NCBI GenBank assembly: GCA_023336815.1
Contig: JAMBLJ010000036.1
Span: 13,991-77,990 of the forward strand
Direction of reading: 5' to 3'
DNA length: 64,000 bases
Source: Actinomycetes bacterium
GTDB taxonomy: Bacteria; Actinomycetota; Acidimicrobiia; Spongiisociales; UBA5794
Part shown: piece after piece, positions 30,110 through 39,544 of the stretch
Numbering within the stretch: position 1 is the first letter of the stretch
How the letters are laid out: every line of letters starts with the position of its first letter
Program-made: the position numbers and the translations under genes
The notes under the pieces: model-generated
What the model was told of the DNA's origin: nothing
The model's input: the letters and a program-made list of their open reading frames with translations, nothing else
The model's database searches: none

Positions 30110-30892
30110 ATGGATCTGAACCTGCGAGGAAAGCGTGCCATCGTTGCAGCGGCTTCCAGGGGTCTTGGAGCTGCGATCGCATCGAGCCTTGCATCCGAGG
30201 GATGTATCGTCGAGATCTCCTCCCGTTCGTTGTCCAACGCCACCGCCACCGCATCTCAGATCTCATCCGATACCGGTGCAACGGTGACCGCTGCTGAAGT
30301 GGATGTCAGCGATAGAGAAGCCATCCGCTCATGGGTTCACGAGACAGGCGCTCGACTCGGGGGGCTTGACATCGTCATCCCGAACGGTGGGGGACCTCCT
30401 GCAGCAACGTTCGATGAGACGGGCCCTGTCGACTGGGATGCAGCGTACGCTCTGACGTTGCGCTCAGCGATGGCGTTTGCCCAAGCAGCACGCCCTCACA
30501 TCGGACGCGGAGGCACGATGTTGTTCCTGACATCCACATCGGTGAAAGAACCGATCGCCGCTCTATCCATGTCGAACGTCTTCCGTGCAGGTGTCGGGTC
30601 GCTGGCCAAAACTTTGGCGAACGATTGGGCCCATGACGGTATCCGCGTGAACCATCTGATACCTGGTCGGATAGCGACCGAGCGGCTCACCGACCTCGAC
30701 GGATCGGCGGCGCAACGGCTCGGACTCGGGATCGAGGACATTCGATCGACAAACGAGTCGTCGATACCGCTTGGCCGATACGGTGAAGTGGTCGAGTTCG
30801 CCGCCGCTGCGACATTCCTCGTTTCCCCCGCGGCGTCCTACATCACAGGTGCAACTCTCCAGGTTGATGGCGGTGCGATCCGGGGCCTCTAG
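30110..30892 (+). CDS. SDR family oxidoreductase
   Basis: GKRAIVAAASRGLGAAIA cofactor motif, NGG, catalytic Y..K region (SNVFRAGVGSLAK variant), 260 aa. Confidence 0.75.
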   Translation: MDLNLRGKRAIVAAASRGLGAAIASSLASEGCIVEISSRSLSNATATASQISSDTGATVTAAEVDVSDREAIRSWVHETGARLGGLDIVIPNGGGPPAATFDETGPVDWDAAYALTLRSAMAFAQAARPHIGRGGTMLFLTSTSVKEPIAALSMSNVFRAGVGSLAKTLANDWAHDGIRVNHLIPGRIATERLTDLDGSAAQRLGLGIEDIRSTNESSIPLGRYGEVVEFAAAATFLVSPAASYITGATLQVDGGAIRGL

Positions 30893-30911
30893 CGACACGT
30901 GGCCGATGCAA

Positions 30912-31895
30912 CTAGTTCTCGAAGCCTGGGCCTATCACGACAGTGATCGGGAGATGGTTGGCTCCAAGGTCTGGACCGGTCTTCAACTCGAGTGGTGTCA
31001 GCGTCGAGTCCATGAGAACGACGTCGATCGGGAGTCCCAGCCATCCGCCGATGACAGGGAAATCGGATACCGGCGATGTGGCAAGGTAGCCCGAACCCTC
31101 TGCCGCGTTGCGCAGGTTCGCTGTCGACATCAGCGACCTCAAGCCTTTCGTCCAAGATGTTGCTCCGATGTTGCCTATGACCGCAACAGGGTTCCCCGTC
31201 TCGTCGATCGACGTGCCGATAGCATCCAGACGAGCCGAGAGGGCCTCTGCCCGTTCTCCGGATGTACCCATCGGCCCGACAGCCGTGACGATGTCGAGTA
31301 CCTGTGAACCTGACGACACGGAAACCCTGTACACGATCTGACCATCTTCGGCTGCAGTTGTAGTGACATTCCACTGTTCCGTTCCCAAGATCACAATCCC
31401 TGTGGAGCCCGAAGGGGGGAATGCGAGCATCGTGTACGGTGAGCCATCGGCAACAAGTGGTAATGCTCGGTCTCTCGTGATACCTGCAAGAAAGATCACG
31501 TCCCCTTCTGTGTTGAAGAGCCACCGGAGTGTTGCCTCCATGTCGGCAACTCCGCCGCCGAGGTCTGCGTGGATTACGAGTACTCCGTCCTCGCCGGTTG
31601 CGGGCGGCTGGTTTCCCATCCACAGCGGAGCGATGAGGAAACCGTTCACAATCGCCGCACCAAGAAATACGATGATCGTTATCCCGCGAGCCGAGAGTGC
31701 GTAGAGAATCGACACAAGGAGGAGAAACCACATGAGATGCCATCGATAGTTCGCGGCAAGATCGAATCCCCACCAGATATCGCCGAAGAACGCTGCAACC
31801 GTAGCGATCGTCGCGATTGTGCCGAAAACGGCGAGGACGATGACGAACGTAGCACGCAGACCTGCGCCGACCCCCGAGTCACCCATTCCCATCAT
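30912..31895 (-). CDS. endonuclease/exonuclease/phosphatase (EEP) family membrane protein
   Basis: Start ATG at 31895 forms ATGA overlap with upstream gene stop; 3-4 N-terminal TM helices then EEP-like domain ending in NHLPITVVI (cf. SDHxPV motif). Confidence 0.55.
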   Translation of the reverse strand: MMGMGDSGVGAGLRATFVIVLAVFGTIATIATVAAFFGDIWWGFDLAANYRWHLMWFLLLVSILYALSARGITIIVFLGAAIVNGFLIAPLWMGNQPPATGEDGVLVIHADLGGGVADMEATLRWLFNTEGDVIFLAGITRDRALPLVADGSPYTMLAFPPSGSTGIVILGTEQWNVTTTAAEDGQIVYRVSVSSGSQVLDIVTAVGPMGTSGERAEALSARLDAIGTSIDETGNPVAVIGNIGATSWTKGLRSLMSTANLRNAAEGSGYLATSPVSDFPVIGGWLGLPIDVVLMDSTLTPLELKTGPDLGANHLPITVVIGPGFEN

Positions 31896-33496
31896 GAGCC
31901 GAAAGCGTACATGAATCCGTCGCGAGAACCTACGTATATGGTGCCGTTCCATACGGCAGGCGTGGATTCGATGCATCCGTTCGTTGCCGGCGTCGTCCAC
32001 ATCTCGGTCGGGTTCCTGGGATCGCTCACGTCATATGCCCTGAGTCCTGAGTCCTCTGAGAAGCAGTCGATGGCGATCACGAGGGTGTCGTCTACGATCA
32101 CAGGCGATGACCAGGCGTTGACACCTATGTCGTCCTCCCAGAGTCTGTCGCCTGTTTGTGTGTCGACCGCTACGAGCTCGCCGCTATCCGTGGCGACGAA
32201 TATCACGCCATCAGGATGGAGGGCCGGTGTCGCCCAGGCGCCGGTGTCCTGACCACGGGCAGCTGGAAGCTCGATGCGCCATACGATCGGGTCAACACTT
32301 TGCAGGTCGTTCGCCGGGATCGATGTATCCAGTTTCATGAGGGATCCGATCTCCCGCACCCTCCTCGCCGCGAGATTGCTGTCCTTCTCGTGGTCGGCGT
32401 GAGATACGACGTAGATGAAGCCCTCGTCGTCGATCGAGATGGTTGCGTCGGTGTCGTCCCCTGTCCAAAAATCGAAGAACACCTCTGCATTGCCGTTTTC
32501 GATATCGGTGAGGTCGACTCCCTGGATGCGACCCGCACTGTTCGCAAAGTAGGCCTTTTGACCGAACACTGCAGTCGAGTTCTCGACCGACTGGTCGCGC
32601 CCCAGTTCCTCCAGGAGTTCGTCGGACCACGCTTTCGTTTCCCATACGACCTTTGGATCGACCGTTACGTTGCCGTCCTCGTCGTACCCTCTGTTGAGCT
32701 TGACCGCGAACCACCAGGAGTTCTCACCACCCTGATACAACATGTCGTCGACGATCACTGGGTTCGAGTCCCAGTCATCGTTCCAGATCCCCTCGACGGA
32801 CTTTGCATGCAACGACCAGACTTCACGAACCTCGTCACCATCGATCGCGAGGATCCGGAATCGTGGATCTCGTGACCCGGTATAGACGAGGGGGAAGCCA
32901 TCGGGATCCAACGTGACGCTGCCTTTGATGATGTCGCCCATGTCGAAGGACGGTCGTAGATCGGTGCCGGTGTCCGCATCCACGAAGTGGATCTTCTTGT
33001 CATATGCGCCGAAGATCATCTCGGTTTTTCCGTCTTCCCTCTCGTAGACGACGGGTTGGCCGGTCCAGCCCGTACCCGACCATGTCTTTGGCTCGCGCCC
33101 GACGGGAGAAGAGCCTGTCATAGCGTGCTCCGGATATCGCCAGAGTTGGGATGGCGCTGTTTTGGGCACGGGACCGCTTCCAAAGAAGGTCCTTGTCGGA
33201 TTGCCCCGGAACATGGTGAGTCCGTTGACGCTACCCCACGGTTTGTACACAGATTCAGCGGTCACGACTCCGGCCGGCCGAGGGGGCACGGTGGTCGTGC
33301 TGCTCGTTGTGGATGAATCCACTATCGAAGAGTCAGTCACCCCTGTCGGTTTCGTGGACGATGGTGTTGGGGCGATCGGCGGCAGCGTCGTAACGGACGA
33401 TCCGCCTGGCCCAGCTGAGATCAGATTGTCGTTGCCCGCAACGCATGCGGACGCGAGCAGGGCGAGCGAGACGGAGAGAAGGACAGCTTTTCGCAT
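31892..33496 (-). CDS. PQQ-like beta-propeller repeat lipoprotein
   Basis: Probable start MRKAVLLSVSLALLASAC (lipobox) at 33496; Ser/Thr-rich linker; repeated beta-propeller blades with W/G-rich motifs (..VYVGSRDGFMYAF); translationally coupled to EEP protein. Confidence 0.6.
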   Translation of the reverse strand: MRKAVLLSVSLALLASACVAGNDNLISAGPGGSSVTTLPPIAPTPSSTKPTGVTDSSIVDSSTTSSTTTVPPRPAGVVTAESVYKPWGSVNGLTMFRGNPTRTFFGSGPVPKTAPSQLWRYPEHAMTGSSPVGREPKTWSGTGWTGQPVVYEREDGKTEMIFGAYDKKIHFVDADTGTDLRPSFDMGDIIKGSVTLDPDGFPLVYTGSRDPRFRILAIDGDEVREVWSLHAKSVEGIWNDDWDSNPVIVDDMLYQGGENSWWFAVKLNRGYDEDGNVTVDPKVVWETKAWSDELLEELGRDQSVENSTAVFGQKAYFANSAGRIQGVDLTDIENGNAEVFFDFWTGDDTDATISIDDEGFIYVVSHADHEKDSNLAARRVREIGSLMKLDTSIPANDLQSVDPIVWRIELPAARGQDTGAWATPALHPDGVIFVATDSGELVAVDTQTGDRLWEDDIGVNAWSSPVIVDDTLVIAIDCFSEDSGLRAYDVSDPRNPTEMWTTPATNGCIESTPAVWNGTIYVGSRDGFMYAFGS

Positions 33497-33625
33497 CGCG
33501 GCGAGTGTAGAAAGGCGTCCCCGATACTCGATGCACCCAGCCAACCCATCGAAGATCTCGCCAAGGTCGTTGGCTTGTCATGTTCGTGATGTCTGCACTG
33601 CTACGCCTCTGGTTAGGCTCGCCGT

Positions 33626-34537
33626 GTGAAACGAGCGATCGACTTCGGTATGGCGGCGTACTCCTCCACGATGGAGCAGTGGAGGCGCGGTGACCCGATG
33701 CTCATGGGTGCAGCTATCGCTTACAACTCGCTGTTCGCCCTCGTCCCGCTTGCGATAGCTTTCCTGTCGATCGTTGCCCTGTTCGACCGATCGAATAGCG
33801 CGTTGTTCAAGCTGGTCGACCTCATCACGCAGACATTTCCTCCGGAGATATCGACATTCCTGGTCGATCTGCTCCAGCAGTCCAACCAGTTCGTGAGCGA
33901 CGACTCGGCGCTTCTCCTTACGGTCTCGATACTCATCGCCCTGTGGTCCGGGTCACGGGCCGTGTACGCAGCGCAGAAGGCGCTCAGGCTTGTCGACGGC
34001 GGCGAAGACGAACGCGGGTACATCCGTGGACGGCTCACGGGAGTCGTGGTCACCGTGGGGGCTGGAGCGTCCGTGATGGTCGGCTACGGGTTATTGCTCC
34101 TTGGCGAGGATGCATGGAATGCGATCGCATCGTTCCTCGGTCTCGGACGTACGGGGTACGCACAAGCAGTGGTATCCGTCCTCGCTCTTCTGTGGATGTT
34201 CGGCTTGTTGTGGGTCTTATACAGGTTCGGACCGCCGGTTCCTGTTGAACATGCTGGGGTATTGGCAGGGATCGTCACGACTGTGCTGGTTCTTGGTACA
34301 TGGCTGGCCTTCAATCTGCTCCCCGGTGGTACGAACGAGTCCCTTGCCGTGTTCGGATCACTTGGATTACTCCTGATCTGGCTCTACTTCGTCGGGATCG
34401 CGGTAGTGGCTGCACCGATCGTAGTTCTCGGCATCTGGGCCGCGTGGAGCGATCTGACCGACCGGTACCCTGTTGAAGATGGTGGAAAGTCAGGCGAAAC
34501 TCAGGGATCTGAAGACGGGACTGCAACTCCTTCTTAA
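33626..34537 (+). CDS. YihY/BrkB family membrane protein
   Basis: N-terminus GAAIAYNSLFALVPLAIAFLSI typical of YihY/BrkB (formerly RNase BN) family; 6 predicted TM helices. Confidence 0.75.
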   Translation: MKRAIDFGMAAYSSTMEQWRRGDPMLMGAAIAYNSLFALVPLAIAFLSIVALFDRSNSALFKLVDLITQTFPPEISTFLVDLLQQSNQFVSDDSALLLTVSILIALWSGSRAVYAAQKALRLVDGGEDERGYIRGRLTGVVVTVGAGASVMVGYGLLLLGEDAWNAIASFLGLGRTGYAQAVVSVLALLWMFGLLWVLYRFGPPVPVEHAGVLAGIVTTVLVLGTWLAFNLLPGGTNESLAVFGSLGLLLIWLYFVGIAVVAAPIVVLGIWAAWSDLTDRYPVEDGGKSGETQGSEDGTATPS

Positions 34538-36236
34538 GATTCTGAGCGGGTATCGATCGATCGCCCTCATCTCCATCCTTGGAGCGTTGATCTGGATGGC
34601 GATGATCGTCGTTATTCCATATCTTGTTGGATCGATCGTCGACGAGGCAGTGACTGCACGAGATACATCGGCGATATGGCCGATTCTGGGAATCATGCTC
34701 GTTGCGGGTGCCATCCAGGCCCTCGGCATAGCGATGCGCCGGTACTTTGGCTTCAAACTGTCCTATCGGGCTGAGGCAGATGTCAGAAATAGGATCTTCG
34801 CCCATATCCAGCGGATGGCGTTCAACTTCCATGACACGACGTCAACGGGTGAGCTCATGGCCCGTGCATCCTCAGATCTGTCACAGCTGCGGCTGATCTT
34901 GTCGATGCTCCCGATCACGCTTGCGAACCTTGCGATGTTCCTCGTCGTCTCGGCTGTTCTCATCGTGATCGATCCTGTACTCGGTCTTACCGCGTCGTTG
35001 ATGGTGCCGGCCCTTCTGCTCACGTCTGGCCGCTTCGCGAGCCGCGTTGTCGGTTTCTCGTTCGATCTCCAGGCAAGGCTTTCTGCACTGTCCCACGTCG
35101 TTGAAGAGTCGATTTCGGGCATCGAAGTGGTCAAGAGTTACGGGCAGGAGTCTCGCCAACTCGACAGGCTGGAGGAGAAGGCTGAGGTCATCTATGACTC
35201 GTCCATGTCCATGGCGCGAGAGCGAGCGATTCACCGCCCCCTGTTCGAGATCATTCCCGCGCTTGGAACCGTTGCAGTCCTCGCCGTTGGAGGCATCCGC
35301 GTTGTCGATGGCGCCATCACCATCGGTGAATTCGTCTCGTTCACGCAGTACCTCGCGGTGATGGTCCTCCCTCTCATGATCACTGGCTGGTTCTTTGCAA
35401 ACCTTCCTCGTTCCGCCGCCGCGGCGTCGAGGATCGACATTCTTCTCGAAACCGCACCCGAGATCGCAGACCCGAGGCGACCGGTGCACCTGCCTCAGGG
35501 ACCGGGCCAGATCGAACTCAGACATGTGTCGTTCGCCTACCCGGACGGGACCGCAGTTCTCGAAGATGTCTCGCTGACGATCCCTGGAGGTACTTCCGTA
35601 GGGCTCGTTGGTGTCACAGGATCGGGAAAGTCCACGATTGCTCACCTGATACCGCGGTTCTATGACGTTTCTGATGGGTCGATTCTCCTCGATGGGATCG
35701 ATATCCGTGAGATCAGCCTTGACCAGCTCCGGAGCGAGGTTTCCGTTGTCTTCCAGGAGACGTTCCTCTTCTCCGCGTCCGTCGTCGACAACATTCGCGT
35801 CGGGGATGCGCTCGCATCCGATGAGCAGGTGCGATCGGCTGCCCGGCTTGCGCGAGCACACGACTTCATCTGCGCGATGCCAGATGGATACGACACGGTG
35901 GTGGGTGAGCGTGGAGCGACCCTGTCTGGGGGTCAGCGGCAGCGCGTCAGTCTCGCCCGCGGTGTGGTGCGTGATCCGAGGATCCTGATCCTCGACGATG
36001 CCACCTCGTCTGTCGATGCCGTTGTCGAGGCTGAGATCCAGGAGGCTCTCCGCCAGGTTATGTCAGGTAGGACGACGTTAATCGTTGCGCACCGGACATC
36101 GACACTGGCGCTCGTTGACAATGTAGCGTTCATCGAAGACGGCAGGCTCGTAGCGTTCGGACCCCACGACACCTTGCTGAGGGAAATCCCGCGATACACC
36201 GAGGTGCTCGCGGCGGAAGAGTCGGTTGTTGGATGA
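34473..36236 (+). CDS. ABC transporter permease/ATP-binding protein (type I exporter half-transporter)
   Basis: 6-TM domain then NBD with Walker A GVTGSGKST, signature LSGGQRQR, Walker B ILILDDATS, H-loop AHR. Confidence 0.9.
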   Translation: MKMVESQAKLRDLKTGLQLLLKILSGYRSIALISILGALIWMAMIVVIPYLVGSIVDEAVTARDTSAIWPILGIMLVAGAIQALGIAMRRYFGFKLSYRAEADVRNRIFAHIQRMAFNFHDTTSTGELMARASSDLSQLRLILSMLPITLANLAMFLVVSAVLIVIDPVLGLTASLMVPALLLTSGRFASRVVGFSFDLQARLSALSHVVEESISGIEVVKSYGQESRQLDRLEEKAEVIYDSSMSMARERAIHRPLFEIIPALGTVAVLAVGGIRVVDGAITIGEFVSFTQYLAVMVLPLMITGWFFANLPRSAAAASRIDILLETAPEIADPRRPVHLPQGPGQIELRHVSFAYPDGTAVLEDVSLTIPGGTSVGLVGVTGSGKSTIAHLIPRFYDVSDGSILLDGIDIREISLDQLRSEVSVVFQETFLFSASVVDNIRVGDALASDEQVRSAARLARAHDFICAMPDGYDTVVGERGATLSGGQRQRVSLARGVVRDPRILILDDATSSVDAVVEAEIQEALRQVMSGRTTLIVAHRTSTLALVDNVAFIEDGRLVAFGPHDTLLREIPRYTEVLAAEESVVG

Positions 36237-38008
36237 AGTACATGTCATCTGCGGGCGACTACAGGGTCGAGAGGCCAGGACGTCTGACCGCCAGGGCAGC
36301 CCGACTGTCGACTGGTCTCGGATGGCCGATCACCGGCGCCCTTGTTGTGACGCTTGTGGCGACGATCGTTCGGTTGCTTGGGCCACTCGTGATCCGCGGT
36401 GGTATCGATGACGGGATAGCGGCGGACGACAAACAGACGATCCTCATAGCAGCGGGCGTCTACGTTGGACTTCTGGTTGTTCAGTACTTCGTGACCGCTG
36501 CGTCCCAATGGAGCGTTGCCTACGTGGGGGAGCGATACCTGGTTCAACTTCGTTCGGTTGTTTTCTCGAAGATGCTGCGGCTCGACATGGGGTACTTTTC
36601 GAGGACCAAGAGTGGTGTTCTGGTGTCGCGAATGACGGCCGATATCGAGTCACTCCAGGAGTTCGCATCGGATGGTGCAGTCATGGCCCTTAGCAACCTC
36701 CTGACGGTCGTTGGGGTGGCGGCGGCGCTGGCGCTCGTCGATTGGCAGATGGCCCTTGCGGTGTTCGGTGTTGTCACCGTCCTTCTCGGCGTGTCTGTTG
36801 TGTTCCAGCGCCAGGCTCGCAAGGCGTACGACATGGTGCGCGAACGTATCGGCCGCGTCCTCGCCACCCTTCAGGAGGGCATCACAGGTGTCAGGGTCGT
36901 GCAGGCATTCACACAAGAGAGCACGCAGGCGTCGACGTTCGGGAGAATTAACGAACGCCACTTCGAAGCGAATATGGCCGCCGCTCGGGCCATCTCATGG
37001 TACTTCCCCGTCGTAGCGTTTCTCCGAGTGGTAGCGATGGTCGTGACCCTTGGTATCGGGGCTACGCGGGTGATCGATGGCTCTATGACCGTTGGAACAC
37101 TTGTTGCGTTCCTTCTGTATCTTGACTGGTTCTTTCAGCCGATCATCAACCTTTCGAACGTGTACAACCTGCTTCAGTCGGCGCTTTCAGCACTTGCAAA
37201 GCTGTTCGAGGTCATGGACGAAGACGTCGCTGTCGACGAGAGGCACGGAGCGTACGATCTCCCGGACCCCGTACGGGGAGCGATCGTCGTCGATGGGGTA
37301 GCGTTCGCCTACAACCCGGCTGTTCCTGTACTGAGCGACATCGACATCACCGTTTCCCAGGGTGAACGAGTGGCGATCGTTGGAGAGACGGGATCCGGCA
37401 AATCGACCATCGCAAAGCTGATGATGCGCTTCTACGACCCTTCGAGTGGTGTGATCACGCTCGATGGGGCCGATCTGAGGGATCTCACGATCTCCTCGAG
37501 GCTCGATGCAATGGCACTCATACCGCAGAACGGATTCCTCTTCGCGGGCACCCTGCGCGAGAACTTCACCTACGCCCGATCAGGAGCAACCGATGAGGAC
37601 GTCTGGCGCGTTCTCGAGGTTATGGGGATCGACGACTGGATCAGGTCGCTCCCCGAACAACTCGACACCGAGGTACGCGAACGCGGATCCCGATTCTCCG
37701 CAGGGGAACGCCAGCTCGTTGCCCTCGCCAGAGCGTTTCTCGCCGATCCGTCTGTCATAGTCCTCGACGAGGCAACATCGAACCTCGATCCAGAAACAGA
37801 GATCAAGGTAGAGGGTGCTCTGCGGGCCCTGCTCTCCGGTCGGACATCCATCGTCATCGCTCATCGTCTCCGTTCGGCTGAGAAAGCAGACCGCGTCATC
37901 ATGGTAGATGCTGGGAGGATCATCGCTGAGGGCACCCACAACGAGCTCGTGGATGGATCCGATGCGTATCGTGAACTGGTCGAGGTGTGGCAGCGAGGTC
38001 TCGCCTGA
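36233..38008 (+). CDS. ABC transporter permease/ATP-binding protein (heterodimer partner)
   Basis: ATGA overlap with previous gene; Walker A GETGSGKST, signature FSAGERQLV (degenerate), Walker B VIVLDEATS, H-loop AHR. Confidence 0.9.
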   Translation: MKYMSSAGDYRVERPGRLTARAARLSTGLGWPITGALVVTLVATIVRLLGPLVIRGGIDDGIAADDKQTILIAAGVYVGLLVVQYFVTAASQWSVAYVGERYLVQLRSVVFSKMLRLDMGYFSRTKSGVLVSRMTADIESLQEFASDGAVMALSNLLTVVGVAAALALVDWQMALAVFGVVTVLLGVSVVFQRQARKAYDMVRERIGRVLATLQEGITGVRVVQAFTQESTQASTFGRINERHFEANMAAARAISWYFPVVAFLRVVAMVVTLGIGATRVIDGSMTVGTLVAFLLYLDWFFQPIINLSNVYNLLQSALSALAKLFEVMDEDVAVDERHGAYDLPDPVRGAIVVDGVAFAYNPAVPVLSDIDITVSQGERVAIVGETGSGKSTIAKLMMRFYDPSSGVITLDGADLRDLTISSRLDAMALIPQNGFLFAGTLRENFTYARSGATDEDVWRVLEVMGIDDWIRSLPEQLDTEVRERGSRFSAGERQLVALARAFLADPSVIVLDEATSNLDPETEIKVEGALRALLSGRTSIVIAHRLRSAEKADRVIMVDAGRIIAEGTHNELVDGSDAYRELVEVWQRGLA

Positions 38009-38036
38009 GTGCCAGTCGCCTCGGTATCATGGCCTC

Positions 38037-38678
38037 ATGAAACCATCCTCCGAACGCGCCACTGTCAAGCGACTCCCGGAGCGGGGCGTCTATGACGAAA
38101 CAACCATCAACGAGGTTCTCGACGAGGCGTTGATCTGCCACATGGCATTCGTGACGGATCGTGGACCTGTGGTGATCCCGACCATCCACGCTCGCATCGG
38201 CCGAACACTATATTTGCATGGGTCTCACGCTTCGCGCATGATGCGGTCAACGCCTGATGAGGACGTGTGCGTTGCAGCCACGATCGTCGACGGCATCGTT
38301 GCTGCTCGCTCGGCCTTCCACCATTCGCTCAACTATCGGTCGGTTGTGATCTTCGGCACACCACGCAATGTCACGGACGGTGGTGAGCGTTCGCGTGCGT
38401 TCGAAGCGATAACCGAACATGTCCTCCCCGGCCGCTGGGACGAGGCGCGCCAGCCCAACGAGAAAGAGGATGCCGGTACCAAACTCCTTGCGATCGACAT
38501 CACCGAAGCATCGGCCAAGGTGCGATCCGGTCCTCCGGGCGATGACGAAGAGGACATGTACTCAGGCATCTGGGCCGGGGTTATCCCGCTTGCGGTGACA
38601 CCGGGACCAGCGCAAGCGGCACCCGATCTCGAACCGGGGGTCGACGTACCACCCTCGGTGAAGAACTACGGAGCTTGA
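38037..38678 (+). CDS. pyridoxamine 5'-phosphate oxidase-related FMN/F420-binding split-barrel protein
   Basis: ATG at 38037 with MKPSSERATVKRLPERGVYDETTINEVLDEALICHMAFV... PPOX-like split barrel; ORF track start 37908 overlaps ABC gene. Confidence 0.6.
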   Translation: MKPSSERATVKRLPERGVYDETTINEVLDEALICHMAFVTDRGPVVIPTIHARIGRTLYLHGSHASRMMRSTPDEDVCVAATIVDGIVAARSAFHHSLNYRSVVIFGTPRNVTDGGERSRAFEAITEHVLPGRWDEARQPNEKEDAGTKLLAIDITEASAKVRSGPPGDDEEDMYSGIWAGVIPLAVTPGPAQAAPDLEPGVDVPPSVKNYGA

Positions 38679-38683
38679 CCGGG

Positions 38684-39469
38684 CTACGCGTTCGTGTCGT
38701 CCCTCCAGGCCAACCACTCCTTGACCTGTGAGAAGTCATATTTCGGTCCGTTCAGACCGATCGTGAACTCATCGGCACCCGCAGCCCGATAGCTATCCGC
38801 AAGTTCGATCTTGTCAGCCTCCACGCCGATCGAGCGCTCGATCTCGCCGGGGTCACGCCCGATCTTGGCGCACCACTCGTCGAGAACCGCGTTCTTGTGC
38901 GTGAAGACGTCGACATCGCCGAATCCGTGCCATATGTCGGCATATTCGGAGACGATTCGCAGTGTCATCTTCTCGCCACCACCACCGATGAGGATCGGGA
39001 GCGAACCCGTCGGCTGGGGATCGAGCTCGCTGAGCCGCTCCTTGATGACAGGCATGGCCTCGTCGAGGATCTTGAGGCGACCGACTGCCGTACCGAATTC
39101 GTACCCGTATTCGTCGTAGTCCTTCTCGAACCACCCAGATCCGATACCGAATATGAGCCTCCCACCAGAGATGACGTCGACGGTACGGGCCATGTCGGCA
39201 AGGAGTTGCGGGTTGCGGTAGGAATTGCACGTAACGAGTGCACCGATGCGGATCGATTCTGTTGCTTCCGCCCAAGCGCCGAGCATCGTCCAGCACTCGA
39301 AATGTTTTCCAACGTTGGCGTCGGGTTCTCCTCCGTACAACGGGTAGAAATGATCCCAGTTGTAGAGCACATCGACGCCGAGTTCTTCGGCCTCAGCTGC
39401 TGCACGCCTGATGTCGGCGTAGTTGGCATGCTGGGGATGAATTTGAACGGCTATGCGCGCCTTTGCCAT
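38684..39469 (-). CDS. LLM-class F420-dependent oxidoreductase (luciferase-like monooxygenase family)
   Basis: 261 aa TIM-barrel LLM pattern (GVDVLYNWDHFYP, RLIFGIGSGWFEKDYDEYGYEFG); GGAGGA RBS upstream. Confidence 0.75.
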   Translation of the reverse strand: MAKARIAVQIHPQHANYADIRRAAAEAEELGVDVLYNWDHFYPLYGGEPDANVGKHFECWTMLGAWAEATESIRIGALVTCNSYRNPQLLADMARTVDVISGGRLIFGIGSGWFEKDYDEYGYEFGTAVGRLKILDEAMPVIKERLSELDPQPTGSLPILIGGGGEKMTLRIVSEYADIWHGFGDVDVFTHKNAVLDEWCAKIGRDPGEIERSIGVEADKIELADSYRAAGADEFTIGLNGPKYDFSQVKEWLAWRDDTNA

Positions 39470-39544
39470 GGGAGTCCTCCTTGGTGGTTCCCATCGACCC
39501 TACCGTTCCTGCGCTGCCTTGGTCGCGATGCATAAGCTCTCGAC

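Noticed and set aside
30889-31773. 294-aa minus-strand ORF (Arg/Cys/His-rich) overlapping the EEP membrane protein gene in another frame
   Set aside because: The alternative frame 30912..31895 has TM helices and the EEP C-terminal NHLPI motif. This frame has none.
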